NCBI GenBank assembly: GCA_964016885.1 | Contig: OZ024740.1 | Location: forward strand, 87,172,001 to 87,236,000 | Length of the DNA: 64,000 nt | Source: Eledone cirrhosa | Lineage: Eukaryota | Direction of reading: 5' to 3' | Shown: piece by piece, positions 27,344 through 40,893 of the stretch | How positions within the stretch are numbered: position 1 is the first letter of the stretch | How the letters are laid out: each line of letters starts with the position of its first letter | Made by a program: the position numbers and the translations under genes | Notes under the pieces: generated by a model | Database searches by the model: none | What the model was told of the DNA's origin: nothing | The model's input: only the letters and a program-made list of their open reading frames with translations

Positions 27344-28500
27344 TATATATGTATGTACGTATGTATGTACATATGTGCAGGAATGGCTGTATGGTTAAAG
27401 AATTTTGCAATAATAAAAAACCTACATATCCACAAATAAGCTGATCAACATCCAGGAGTAAATGACTAAGAATTTCTTCAATCTACAAAGCAAAGAGATT
27501 CTAGGTTCTTTCTTGCAATAGTTGAATGATCTCATGTTAGAAATGGAAACTGAAGAAAAACTGAATAGATAAACAATCTAGATATCACTAAATAGAACAT
27601 GCAGTTCTTGTAGCTTTTCCAAAAGAAACATGGGAAAATGAGATATGAACACAAATTGGAAATGTAGGATTGTTTTAGAGAGAAAGAAATTGAGTAAAAC
27701 CAAAAGAAACAAAGCCTGGAAGCTTGAAATCAGTTGACAGAGTTATGAAAATTAATATTTATAGTACAAGAGGGTTAGTTAAAGACAGAACAAGTTGGAG
27801 GCCTGTGAAACAGATTATATATTTATGTAAGTGAAAAAATAAAAGATAAGATAAAGTAGCTGAACAATAATTTACTAAGAAACAACTGGACTTCGATAAG
27901 AGAGTGGAATTAATGAGAATCTGAAGTTGCTGATCCTCAGAGACCAATGAATAGTTCTGATTTAAAAATAAAGAAACAAATTCATGTATGCCTTAATCAA
28001 GATTGCAGATCGGGTGCATCACATCCATTGCCTGTTCTCAAATAGATTCTAGTAGGCTGAAGATTTTCACAAAACTATTATTGATCAAGATGAACCTGTG
28101 CTTCAAAAACTGTAGGACAGGAGTAAATCCTAACAAAGGAAACAGAATGATATAAGCTATGTTAGCACCACAATGTATAATGATAAAAGCTGGTTATGTT
28201 GTCTAACTTTTAGAACAATTGGTAAATGATTATTTTAAAAAAAAATGTAAATCCAAAAGAGTGTAGTTAGAAGAACTCATCTGTCATCACCTTGGCATAT
28301 TGTTTACAGGATCAGGATGTGTGGGTATATGTGGGTGTGTGTATATATATATACACATAAATGTGAAAGTAGACAGGTCCTGTTGTACATTTTCACCATG
28401 TTATATTCTAAAATGTCTCTTTTTCAACATATACATATCAATATTTTCTGAGAATATGTTGTCTTTTCCATATAAGCATTTCGAAATGCCATCATGGTGT

Positions 28501-28720
28501 AAAAAAAAAGAAAAAGAAAAAGAAAAAGAAAAAGAAAAAGAAAAAGAAAAAGAAAAAAGAAAAAAACAAAGATATAAACAAAATTAATATTTAAAAAAAA
28601 TGCAAAAATTTGTATGAGAATTTTCCTTTTACTGATTTTATTCCTTTTCTTTAGAAATAAACAACAGTATTATTGTTATTGATGTTGTTACTACTACTGA
28701 TGATGATGATGATGATGATG

Positions 28721-28755
<35 letters not shown>
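28501..28755. repeat. (GAAAAA)n and compound (GAT)n(AAT)n microsatellites
   Basis: Direct reading at 28501-28570 and about 28700-28755. Confidence 0.9.
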
Positions 28756-29244
28756 CACAATAACAGCAACAGTGATAATTTCACAGAGAGTATTACCATT
28801 ATTTTTCTCGCTTTCTTCACCTCAATACTATGTTCCCACCCATGCTAAGATACTGTTTTTGAATACAATCATAGGTAATCAATAACATAGAGTAACTAAC
28901 ATATCAATGAAAAAGAAATTTAAAAAAATTATTCGGAAATATATATATAAAAAATTATTAGTGTTCTTTAGCATATTTTTTTATTTTATTATTAGTTTTT
29001 TAATAGTGGCAAAGAGAAATAAAAACTATTGGAAGTTGAGAAAATTCAGTAATGATGGCGATAGTTTACTTAGAACATCACTAACATATCAGTATTACCA
29101 ACATATACATCAAAGATTTAACAAGGAAAATAATAACATCTGATGTTTTACTCAGAAAATGCTGGAAAGGTTAGTAGAATCGATCATATGTGTGTGTGTA
29201 TATATATATATATATATGTATGTGTATATATATGTGTGTGTATG

Positions 29245-29276
<32 letters not shown>

Positions 29277-29394
29277 CAAACATTATATATATATAAAGAT
29301 ATATAAAACAACGTTGTCTCTGATCAAATGTAAATATATATGTATGTGTGTATATATATACATGTATATATATACACACATATTTTATTTTAAA

Positions 29395-29790
29395 AATGAA
29401 TCTTAGGTAATGATCGAAAGAATACGATCATGCATGAATATAAGCGGCCAAAATGGGGTTCCTCCGAAGCATCTTTGCAGTAATGTTACTCAATAGAGTG
29501 CATAGCTCAGAGATCAGAGAGTCACTCCAAGTAGAACCACTACTTCTCTGAATTAAGAGCTCACAGCTCCGATACTATAGGTATGTGGTTAGAATGTCTC
29601 AGGAAAGAATCACTGGACAGATTGTATGGGAAAAACAAACCGGCAGGAAACCCAGTAGTAGACCCCGAGCAAGATGGTTGGAAAACATCGATGAGTTTGG
29701 TTGGTCTCACTTTGGAATCCAGCCAGATCAGTTGGAGACGGTTTGCTTCTGATAGGACCCACTAGAGGAGCGCCTAAGGATTCTGCTCCC
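29395..29790 (+). mobile_element. 3' fragment of an Expander/RTE-type LINE
   Basis: Translates to MGFLRSIFAVMLLNRVHSSEIRESLQVEPLLL*IKSSQLRYYRYVVRMSQER...GRKPSSRPRARWLE. Confidence 0.75.
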
Positions 29791-29794
29791 ATGA

Positions 29795-29977
29795 TGAGAA
29801 GAAGGAGGAGGAGGAGGAAGATGAGGAGAAGGAAGAGGTGGAGAAGGAAGAGGTGGAGAAGAAGAAGAAGAAGAACAAGAAGAAGAACAAGAAGAAGAAC
29901 AAGAAGAAGAAAAAGAAAAAGAAAAAGAAGCAGAAGAAGAAGCAGCAGCAGAAGAAGCAGCAGCAGCAGCAGCAGCA
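29795..29977. repeat. Compound purine-rich trinucleotide microsatellite (GGA/GAA/GCA)
   Basis: Direct reading; it explains the poly-R, K, L and S ORFs. Confidence 0.95.
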
Positions 29978-30189
29978 TATATGTATATATAATATATATA
30001 TTCATATGGTAAACATTGAAGCAAATCAATTCAAGCACTTAACATTATGTTATGACAGAGTATAATTAGAATGGGGAAGTTGTAGATGTTAAAAAGTCCT
30101 TTATTAATAAAGCCGTGATACATATTTCAGTGATGATCATGGCCACTTGCTTATGTAACCATTCACGTGATCTCATCAGGGAGCAACAT

Positions 30190-30750
30190 TAAGTAAAAAG
30201 GTTATGTTTCCGAGGCAATCTAAGATGCAATGGATTGGACAAAAAATTATGTTTCTGTTGTGGTTGTCCATTCCCTTGGAATGTTTTACATATTTTTACT
30301 GTTCCATTAATGAATTGTACTTGTAATTTCCTAACTAGTTGTGTTCTTTCAAGATTTGTACTGAGGCAGTTACTCACATATCCCATTGCCCCAATAATCA
30401 GAGGTATAAATCTGCAGGTATACTCAGGGTGGAGTATCTGCAGATTGCTGATTTATTCTGCATAAATATTCTCCCTTTTGCTGATCTTTAATATCATATA
30501 GGCATCTGCTGTGCAGCTGACTTCCACTACTCTGCATGCCTTCTTTTCCCTATCCCATATCATTATATCTGGTCTGTTATGCTTGCATTTTAATAGGGTT
30601 TTGACTAGACCATTTCATCAGTATTCTTTCATATTATGTATGTCTTCCAAATTGCTGTAACTTTTAATATGTTTATTGTTGCTATCTTTTCTATTGATTG
30701 CATTGTACAATGTTTTGTAAGGATATGATGCAACACTCAAATGATGTCTG
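30190..30750 (-). mobile_element. Relic of a restriction-like endonuclease domain of a non-LTR retrotransposon
   Basis: The - strand reads KCKHNRPDIMIWDREKKACRVVEVSC...KRENIYAE..LQILHPEY..FIPLIIGAMGYV, a PD-(D/E) RLE pattern. Confidence 0.75.
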
Positions 30751-33700
30751 GATTGATATGTGTGTATGTGTGTATGTATATACATGCATGTTCTTGTGGT
30801 TTTATTATTTTATGAATTTTCATACATAGAGAGATAACCAGTTTCTACCAATCTAACAAGACTTTTTCATTGGAATTTAGACCACACCAACTAGAGAAAT
30901 ATACATGAGTGTTGGTGTGTGTGTATGCAGGTATAGAAGTTATTGCATGTGTGGATCTGCTTGGTGCTTTGTAGTTGTTGGAGGAATATGGAATGTTACT
31001 CAAACACTGTTTGGACTAATATTAAACCTCTGCCCCCTGTGTGTATGCATGTGTAGAGCATTGCCACAAGCTCATAAAGACGGACTGCTGATGAGAGGTA
31101 CTTTACTTCAGACTGGTTATCAAACTGGTCAGCAGTGAAGGCACTTTTGAAGAGGCAAGTAATCAGACCTTAACTTTAGGTGTAGCTCACTCCTTCTTAC
31201 AACTGTAAATGTTTCATACAATAAACAACAGTTTGACAAATCCTTGTTTGTTGTTACTTTGCATATAGCTTAACTAAAACTATAGATGTATGTATAGAAC
31301 AAATACTGTAGGGAATATATTATTATAGTCTTTCATACTTAGTCACTTAAATCAGATCACTAAAAATAAAAATATTTGGTATTTAGATAAATGGTAAATG
31401 CAATGTTGCATGAAATATAATCAAGGTTGTTGCTCTTTAATAATAGGTCAGGACTGATCATCCCATCTTATAATAAGCATAGCAAGCATGATAATCCCGT
31501 TTTTTCTCTACCTTAGTTACCCTGCATCTAAATCTATATTAACCAATGTAGCTTTAAATGTTTAGATATAATCAGTTTTAACCATTTTGATACCAGCATG
31601 GCTAAAACCAGCTCTGTTTCTATGAAACAAAATCTCCTATTTTAAAAGGTTTCTGTTTAAATTGGAATCTAATACAATTGTATATAATAACCACATGTTA
31701 TGTTACTAGCTTTGTAATGAAATAAAATCCATCAAAATCTTTCATTAATTAATTGGGATGTATTAAATTACAAATATGGTAACAAGAGGAAGGATTTGAA
31801 AGAAATTTAATTATTATTTTCAGGAGGTCAAGTGAATATGCAGTGACTCCAGATACATACTTATTTAGTGCTGAAAATATATTTAAAATATTACATTTCC
31901 TAATGATACTCCAACCAAATTGGCTAACTGAAGAAACAACATAGAATACAAGTATATGAATTTATTAAAATGTATAACATATTTCTAATTTATTCATTTG
32001 TTTTTTTTTTTTTGTGTTTTGATTTTTGGTGGGGTGTTTACAAGTCATATCTCTATTTTTTTAGTTTTACACAAAATTTATGTTCTGTTAATATAAAAGA
32101 AACATACATGCAGTTTACCAATCTTTAACACAAAAAAAAATATATATCAAAAGTGGTTATATTATATATTATTTAATAAGAAACTGGCAGGTTTTATTAA
32201 TGTTTCTCTGTTAGTTGTATTCTATTCTGAAATAGAATACTGAGAACATTTGATAGAGATGAGTTCTTAAAAGGCTTAATTTTTAATATTTTACCTAGGC
32301 CATAACAGCTATTCAATATTTAGATTTAAAAAAAAGTTATTCTTAAGCTATGCAAACTGCACAGAGATAAATGTAAAGAAAATGTGGTGGTGAATTGAAA
32401 ATAGGAAGGCTCCTTGATCCATTGATGACAGGACAAGTCATGCATCGAGTATTGATCTTAATTTTGAGATCATGGCAAAGTAAATGATAGATTGAGCCAA
32501 TATCACAGAATACTGTTATAAACAAGCTTACTGCAGCTATACAATGTTCATGCATATTTATAAGCAAAATGTAACATCTATACAGTAACATGTGCTTTTT
32601 CTCATAAATCTACTTTACTTTATATCATACTGGCAAACAAATTTCCACATAACTGCCACACTTTACCGAAAGGGAAACCTTAGTATATCTCACTAAATCT
32701 ATTTGAGAACAGAAAAGCAAGTGTTTAGCCATGGATACATGGGAGAGAGAGGGAGGGAGGGAGGGAGAGAGAGAGAGTGTGGTAGTAATGTGAATAAACG
32801 GCCAGACATTCTTTCATCAGAATTATGTTTACTACTAAACACCAAATGCTTTTACTAACAGGTCTTTTCAGAATAAAAACTACAAACTACTTAAATTCTA
32901 TTCACATTATTATAGGTTATCACCGGAGTGTACATGACACAAGTAATACTGCCAATAAAGCCTGGCGGCAAGTTTACTTCACTGTTGCTTCTAATAGTTG
33001 TAAAGTCCGTAAAAGGTAAAAAAGGAAAATATATATTGTAAAAGCATGTGACAGCATAATTAATAGAAGCAGTTTATATGATCTTGCCTAAAGTATTACT
33101 TGTGTATATAAAACAATTTTAAACATAATCCTGATTAAATATTGGAAGCATAAAGCAAGAATATTGAAGAAGAAACAAATGATAAAACTTGAATTCATAG
33201 TTTAAGAAAAACTGCCTCCAGACTAAAGGTAAAATAAGATAAAATGATATAACAAAGAGGCAATATTAATAAATATTTTCATTGACCTATACTTCATGGG
33301 AAGTGATATTTAAAGAAGAATGTATTACAACTACTTTTAATTCTGAAGTAACATGAATGATGCAGTCAATTATAGGAGGGTAGTAATCCCAAATAAGAAT
33401 AGACTTAGACTGTAACAACACATCTGACCCATACCAGCACAGAAAATGTTTGTAAAATGATTGATGATGATGATTGTAACAATTTTTCAAGTTAAACAGT
33501 TATGATAATTTAAAATTTAATATTCTTAAAAAAAAACTTACAAACATTCACGAGACAATCTAAACACTAATTATAGAGAAACGACTTTCTATAGAAACTG
33601 AAGCTCTTTTAAAGACAAGAAACATCTGAAGACCATAGATTTAAATCATTTATAAATTTAGTAAATTTTAAGTTAATTTTTACCCCTTTTTTTAACCCAT

Positions 33701-34214
33701 TCATTATAAATTTATCAGTTATGAGAATATAAACTATGTGAGAAGAGAGCTAGTATAGATTTCCAAGGCATAACTTTTGTAAGATAATGACACCCTTAAG
33801 AATTATAAGTACTACTCAGTGGAAAGTACCAAATCTAGAAAATCACCTAGTCAAGATAGATGTGTGGCACTTATGTGACAATATGTAATTAAATGAAATT
33901 ATCCCATGTAGTTTATCCAATTATCCAATTTCCAAAGAAAAAGGCAAATAATAATCCTGTGAGAAGTAATCATTATCATCATTTTTATGCCAGATTTTCC
34001 ATACTGACATTGGTCGGACATGTTTTTGGTGGAGGTAGGAAGTGTTCCTTTAGCCAGAAGTCCTTCCTGGCGTCTATCAATATTTCATTCTAAAGTATTG
34101 TTCATAAATTTCATTAAACAGTGAAGCCGTATGGCATAAACAAACATCATCACTTGCTTTAAACAGTGCATGAATCTTCATATTGTCAGACACACTTATT
34201 TCCTCACAACATCT

Positions 34215-34340
34215 GCCTAACAAATTTACCCAGAAGGCATTAGTTGGTCCATGGCTGCAATAGAAGACCCATGCCCAAGGTGTCACACAGTGGGATCAAA
34301 CCCCAAACCACATGTTTATGAGGCAAATGTCTTAACTAAC
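34215..34340 (-). mobile_element. Family-3 SINE
   Basis: ggcattagttggtccatggctgcaatagaagac..tgcccaaggtgtcacacagtgggatcaaaccc. Confidence 0.7.
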
Positions 34341-34799
34341 CGTAAAACATAATATTACTTTCATGATAGATCAGCAATGTGCATGCATTTTGTAGGAATT
34401 TGAGGGCTATATGAGATTATGTTGTTGCAATTAAAATATGTCAGATGTCATTCTGATATTTCTTCCTGTCTGTTCACATCTTGATTAATAGATGACAATA
34501 TTTAATATGTTGACTAATCGTTTTGAAATGTTTAAATACTTAATACCAGTAACTACATATCTCTCACTCAATCACTATCAGTAATAAAATCAGTTTTACA
34601 AACTCTATTTCATACTAGTTTTTTTTCAGACAGAATTTGACAATCAGTTACTTTTCCTGATGTCTAACTATACTACTGTTTAACTATGGTACATATTCCA
34701 TGCATTTCTGTCAAACTGATATGCTGTGGGATTTAAATGGTATTGCTTGCTTACATGGTGTTAATGTGAAAACATATCTGAAGACAACATACATACACA

Positions 34800-34957
34800 T
34801 GTACACACAGTTTTTGTCTGCCAAATTTACTCAGGAGGCATTTGTCAGCCTGAGAATATAATAAAGGACACTCGCCAAAGGAGCCACACAATGACATTAA
34901 ATCTTAAACCATGAGGTTGCCAAGCAAATTTTTTAACCACATGGCTATGCATGCACC
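34800..34957 (-). mobile_element. Family-3 SINE
   Basis: cagtttttgtctgccaaatttactca..ggcatt...ttaaccacatggctatgcatgcacc. Confidence 0.7.
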
Positions 34958-37900
34958 TATAAAATTGAGACCAATAAAATTTAAGTTTAGCTACTTTAGA
35001 TGAAACAAAGTGGAACATTTTAAACAAATATTTAACTAAGTATGAAATAGCTAAGTTAAAACAAAGAAAATATGTCTATACACATAATGTAATTTAACCC
35101 TGGGTAACACTAAGTATAAACCACAAAACAAAATAATTTTTGAAGTGAACTTCGAATATCCTAAAAGAGACACAATACTCTTTCATAAACTCTGCTCATG
35201 TGAAATGTGTTCAGTTTCTATTGTGTAATAGATACTTCATTGTAGATAATCTACATTAGAAAACTCTCATGCATTTCAACTGTAAGCAGCTTTGCATTAT
35301 AATTAAGTTATGCTCAGATCTACCAGCCAGTTCATCACATTTTGAACATTAGTTCTTCCTAATGTAGGCACATTGTCTGCACAGTTGTACTAGATCTATA
35401 AACTACTAAGCTATATATACTTAATGGATGATCCATATGAATGTTAAGTACAGATTGAAATCAAATAAGCCAACAGTTGATTATTTGAGGAATCAGTTGC
35501 AATATTGTACAAAGATGATAGTTTTCATATATAGAGTGGATTGAACTGTACAAGAGTAAATAAAATGATATGTATACTGATATATAACAATAGCTAAAAT
35601 AAGCTAAAGAAAATTTAATGAACCTATTGGATGTAATCTTACACAGAGTGAGAGCAAAGGTGAATTATGCAAGTTTGTGAGGTAGGATTATTTATAGACC
35701 TAACTATAAAACTGATTGATGATGAATGTAGTTAGTATTGATTATAGGGTGTATATAAATGCTCTACTATTACTTTTCACCATATTGTTGACATCATCAT
35801 AAGGAGCTAACTATTTAACAAAATATTTTGCAAGTAATATTCATCAAAATATTATGTAAAAGTAATGTAAATGAACCTTCTTTGTGTTTGATGTTCAGTG
35901 TTTCTGTTGTTCAAACAAAAGAATGGCCTACTTGTTAAATTAACATTAAGTGTCAGAGTATTTCAACAAATGTGGACTCAACAGACAGAATGCAGCATGA
36001 CCTACAGTAAGACCAAGCTGGCTTTTTGAAGTACATATACAAAAAGCTGTAATAGGCTTGCAAATACCTTCAAGCCTTCTTCCCATGTGTTTCTTGAGTC
36101 TACAAGCAGTAAACCAGTATAATATCACATATTTTATAGGGACAAGGAAATACTTTTAAGGGGAGAGAAGTGAAAAGAAACAAGTGGATAAGTTAAGAAA
36201 CTACAACTTTTGTAGTAGTAAAACCATGTCTTAAAAAGCAGATATATTGTGGTATACTCTTTTAAACATTGTTATAAACAGAATCGGAATTTAGTGGCTG
36301 TAAGGAAAAAAAATTTGAATAATAAACTTAAAAGATAACTAACTAAATAAATGTTTCATCAATAATATTTATCTTTCTAGTTTCCAACAGAATAGGTATT
36401 CTTTTATTATAAGTTTGGAAAGTCAGAAAGAAACAAGCATAACCAAAGGGGGAAGCTAGAAATAAAAAACATTGAAAATAAAGGCCACTGGATCAACAGC
36501 AAAACTGGTATATGCCCAGAAAATAAAATCTTCACCAGCAGTTCAAGCAGCATATTATTATATCAGACACATATATGAAAAGCCTACATCATATACTGAA
36601 TGAACAAATATATATTCATGTTATAACGAGAGAGAGATTACCTGTTTAAACCTTGAATTCATGTATGGGTAAATGCCCAGAGTTATAAAAGATGAAATAA
36701 ACTAACTTTAAAAGGAGGTGTCAAAGTGGAAATAAAACATGAAAATTACTATAATTATCAGTAGATAGCACGCATCTGCATAACCAATATCAGTTTGTAC
36801 CAATATTTTATTTTGCATTTTTTTTAAAGCGAAAATTTCAATATATAATGTAGAAAATAGATTTTACAACTTTGTTTTCTATAATCAAACAATTGATTAT
36901 TACATGAAAAGGATTCTGATTTACTGAATGCAATCAATAAGCCAGTAACCAGGAACATTACAAAATAATTAGAAGCAACTCATACTATATATTCCTATTT
37001 TGTAGTAGGAAATTAAATATGGATTTTGCAAAGTACTTTCATTTGTAAATATTTTCAAGATGTGTCTAGACATTTTTTTCTTATAACTCTATCAAATTCA
37101 ACTTTTGATCACAGATAATTAAAAAAAAATAATGTCTTCAATTTTTAATAAAAACAAAAGAATATCAGAGTTTCTCTCATAAATACTTCAAAAGTGTGTG
37201 ATTTCTTTTAGAAATTAGACAACTAATTCAAAAAAATCAATTAAAACATGGCTCGTGTTTAAAATTATCAACATGATTTCAATATACTTATTCCCATACT
37301 ACCATATACATAATTCCAGATATTTGAGCTTCTATAAAATATTCTGTAAGACCCTCATTTGTATACATCATCGACCCACATTTACTTATCCATACAAGTA
37401 TAGTTACTTGTTATCTATATCAGACAAAACGTTTAATAATCAGCCACATTTCTCAAATCTCACTACTGCTCAATCACTTTGCAGAGTTTATATACCATAT
37501 TCAAGTAACCCCTCCAAATGCAACACATTTGCTGCATTCATTATCCGTTTCACAACCAAATAGATTCACATGTTTATATATGCTTCATAAACTTTTCCTT
37601 TAGTATAAAGTGAGAAACACTTTAACACCTTATTTTCATTAAAAACAGCAATATCTCTAAATATATTTGGCACGATAGTTCACTATATTATCCACATAAA
37701 ATTTATTCACAGCTTCTAAAAGAACTGCCTCATTATTTAGATCAAGCTGTCCATGTTGTCAACTATTCCCAACCAAATGATTCAACTTTCAAACCAGTGC
37801 AACAAAATTCCTACTTCTTTGTGTGTTATGTCTGAAATGGCCGAACAGTACAGAGTTTTTTCGAGTATATAAATCAGACATGTTACTAACACATTTCCTG

Positions 37901-38639
37901 GTGTTGAGAGGAGGCTGGTACAGTGTTGCAGACATTGATCACCCCACCCAGTGTTGCATTATTCAGGTACTAGTCATTGAAGAGTAAATGAATACAGCAA
38001 ACATTTCTCTCCTTTATCAAATTGGGAGAAAGATATTGTACCTGAGGAAGGAACTATGCAAGGTAGAGTAGCTGAAATCACTGGTTGTTCTACATAGAAA
38101 TCCTTTTGCTGTCTTATCTGCAGGCTGTAGATGAAATAAATTATTAAAAAAAAAATGCACAATTTGTTTGCTTTTCAGTTACTATGTATGTATGTATGTA
38201 AAAAATGTGTTCAACCACATTACAAAGTGTACTCAGTGCATTTTATTATGACATCAACACTAAGAAGATAGCTTGTATCCAACAAGATTAAAGAGCTCAA
38301 AGTAAACATCACCAAAATTGTGATGGAAGAAAGAGAGTGAAGGAAAGGAGAGGATGACACAGGAGAGAGTAATGAAAAGAGACAGAGATAGCTATACACT
38401 GGTGAAAACTTTTCCACTGTCATGCAGAGAGCACTGTCTTCTCGGGAAGACACATGTTTCAATATTTACAGCACAGATTTTGGTTCCTGCCTTGCAGCAC
38501 TCACCAGTAAACCTATCCAGTGAATATCGGAGATAACCTTCTGATTAGTTAAGTAGCATAATATTGTCTGCAAATATCAGCCAACAGATCCTACACCCAT
38601 CAGTTTTGATATCACCTTCCAACAACCTGGCTGCACATG

Positions 38640-39520
38640 TCAATCCTGTTCATTACAATTATGAAAACGAGTCCGACACCCATATTGAATGATTTAAACT
38701 TCTATTCTAGTAATGCTCTCTCTATTATGAGCACCATTTTCAAACACAAACATCTCTATAGGTATACAAGGTATAAGGGAAATCAGGGATAGAGGTCAAT
38801 AATTAATTATTTTGTTGTCCCAAATCTCTTCAATTCTGTGCTGGATGTTTCTGTTTAAAGAGTGGTTGAGTTGGTATCTGATCAGCATCTTGTTATCTGC
38901 AGCTTGTGACTAACTAAGGTTAAGAAAACTCACAAAAATGGCAGGTCCAGCTCAACCTACACAATAAAGCGGGAAGTGCTGGCTGATGAGATATGCAGGA
39001 CAAGGTATGTGAATACTATTGTATCTAAATTCAGAGAACTCCCTGAATTTGAGGATGCTGAAGCAGAGTGGAAACTGTTCAGCTGTTAAATGATGCAGAT
39101 GAAAGTGGTTTGGTGTGATGCTGGATGGCAGGAGGACTTCCTGGCTCATTTAGGAGGTTATAGATGTCCACAGAGCAAAAAAGAAGGCCTACAAATTTTG
39201 GCTTAAAAATAAGCCTTCCTTCTTGCACTTGTGGTAGAAGCAGGCATGAAAAGTCACAGCAGACACAGTAGAGGACTTCAGGGTTAAACTGGAATCCAAC
39301 ATCAATTATGCAAATAAAATATTAAGCAGACCATCTGCCAACTTCGTAATAAGAAGTCCCACTCCATGCCTTCTATCAGGCACTCATCTGGGGTTCTTCT
39401 CTCAAAAGACATGCATCTCTGCAAGGTGGAGAGAATATTCTTTTTTAAATCTGGTCACAATAATATCTTATGTGCATGAGTGCATCTACCCATGAAGACT
39501 AACCTCTCAAATGCTGAAGT
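38640..39520 (+). mobile_element. Degenerate Expander/RTE-type endonuclease and linker relic
   Basis: SNALSIMSTIFKHKHLYRYT...RSIINYFVV..SVLDVSV*RVVELVSDQHLVICSL, matching the APE C-terminal IDY and SDH motifs. Confidence 0.7.
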
Positions 39521-40462
39521 CACCGGATCAGTTAAAGCACATTGAAGTTAAAACTGTTTTTATCATGAGCAAGTCTTTCTCAAAGAATTTTTTTGCAACA
39601 AAATATATTCGATTAGATCTTAAGATAATAGAATATATGGCTGAGACATCGTCTTCCAACCCCTTTGTGGGGACAGTAACCCCAAATAAGAACTGACTTG
39701 AACTGTAATGTCCCATCTAACATTCAACTCATGTCAGAATGGAAATCATCATCATCATCAGCATCATCATCAGCATCATCATCAGCAGCATTTAATGTCC
39801 ATCTTTCCATGCTTGCATAGGTTAGAAGCGGTTGTAAAATGATCATGATGATGTCTATATGAACATTTCTACTGATATAAGAACAAAATGATTATAAAAC
39901 CTCTCATGAAAAAATCTCAACTATTCACCTTGTATATAATTTGTAACTTTTGACTCTTGATAAACTTATTCCACTGATAGCACTCTGTTTACATTCATAC
40001 CTTTTCCTGTTTCTAAATTTTTGAGTTAGTAATTGTTTGTTATAATCGGACATTTTGAAAAATGCTATTTGGCATATTATATCTGAGGTCCACTGAGGTA
40101 AGTAGTACTAATACAGCATTGCATAATCTCATTTCCGCTCACTAATGCATAATTTTGTTTTATTACCTGAGTTATCAAACTGACAGGAAAATGACTTTCC
40201 AAAATTGCTTAAGACCCTTACAGCAAATACTATCACAAATACTATCATAAGTTCTTTTCTCATCATGTGATTGGGAAATGAATGATATGACGAAAATATT
40301 TATCAGGATAGTGTATATAGAAGAGAATTATGAATAACAGACATGTTGGTAAATGAACATGTAACATAGTACAAAGCAAATTGCTTATTGCTAGCATTCA
40401 CTTTGGGACATAGTTGTTTTGATAACAATAACCGACTGATAACATTAATTAAATATACAGTT

Positions 40463-40521
40463 AAAATAAAGTACCAGTAATGCACTGGGTAATTGCTGGC
40501 CTTGTGCCTAAAGTAGAAACA
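40463..40521 (+). mobile_element. Short 3' fragment of a family-2 SINE with 19-bp TSD
   Basis: TSD attaattaaatatacagtt at 40444-40462 and 40522-40540. Confidence 0.8.
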
Positions 40522-40784
40522 ATTAATTAAATATACAGTTTGAAAGCTACTACTGGTTGAAAACATTCTTCATTATGGCATATGGCTTCTGCTGTATTTT
40601 ATTTACATTTCTACTTTCATTTTATATGTTAGTACATGTGTTTTGCCTAAATTAAAATGTATTTGTAGGATTAATAAGTATTTACAGATTTAAAAATTAA
40701 TTGCTATTTATGTGCGCAGGCGCACGCACACACATATATATATATATATATATTTATATGTGGATGTATAAGTATATATATATA

Positions 40785-40830
<46 letters not shown>

Positions 40831-40846
40831 TAGATATATATATATA

Positions 40847-40893
40847 CTAGCAGTGGTATCCGGCGTTGCACGGAATATAATAGAGACATTCAA
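40847..40893 (-). mobile_element. Isolated Helitron 3' terminus
   Basis: The - strand reads ccgtgcaacgccggataccactgCTAG|T (hairpin plus CTAG), closely matching 55007-55033. Confidence 0.7.

Noticed and set aside
29610-30065. Poly-Arg/Lys/Ser ORFs resembling protamine
   Set aside because: They are stop-free trinucleotide microsatellite open in several frames on both strands, directly after a LINE 3' fragment.
31578-31795. Possible TTAA MITE remnants (also about 52660-52920 and 51910)
   Set aside because: Only one end or very degenerate TIRs are visible.
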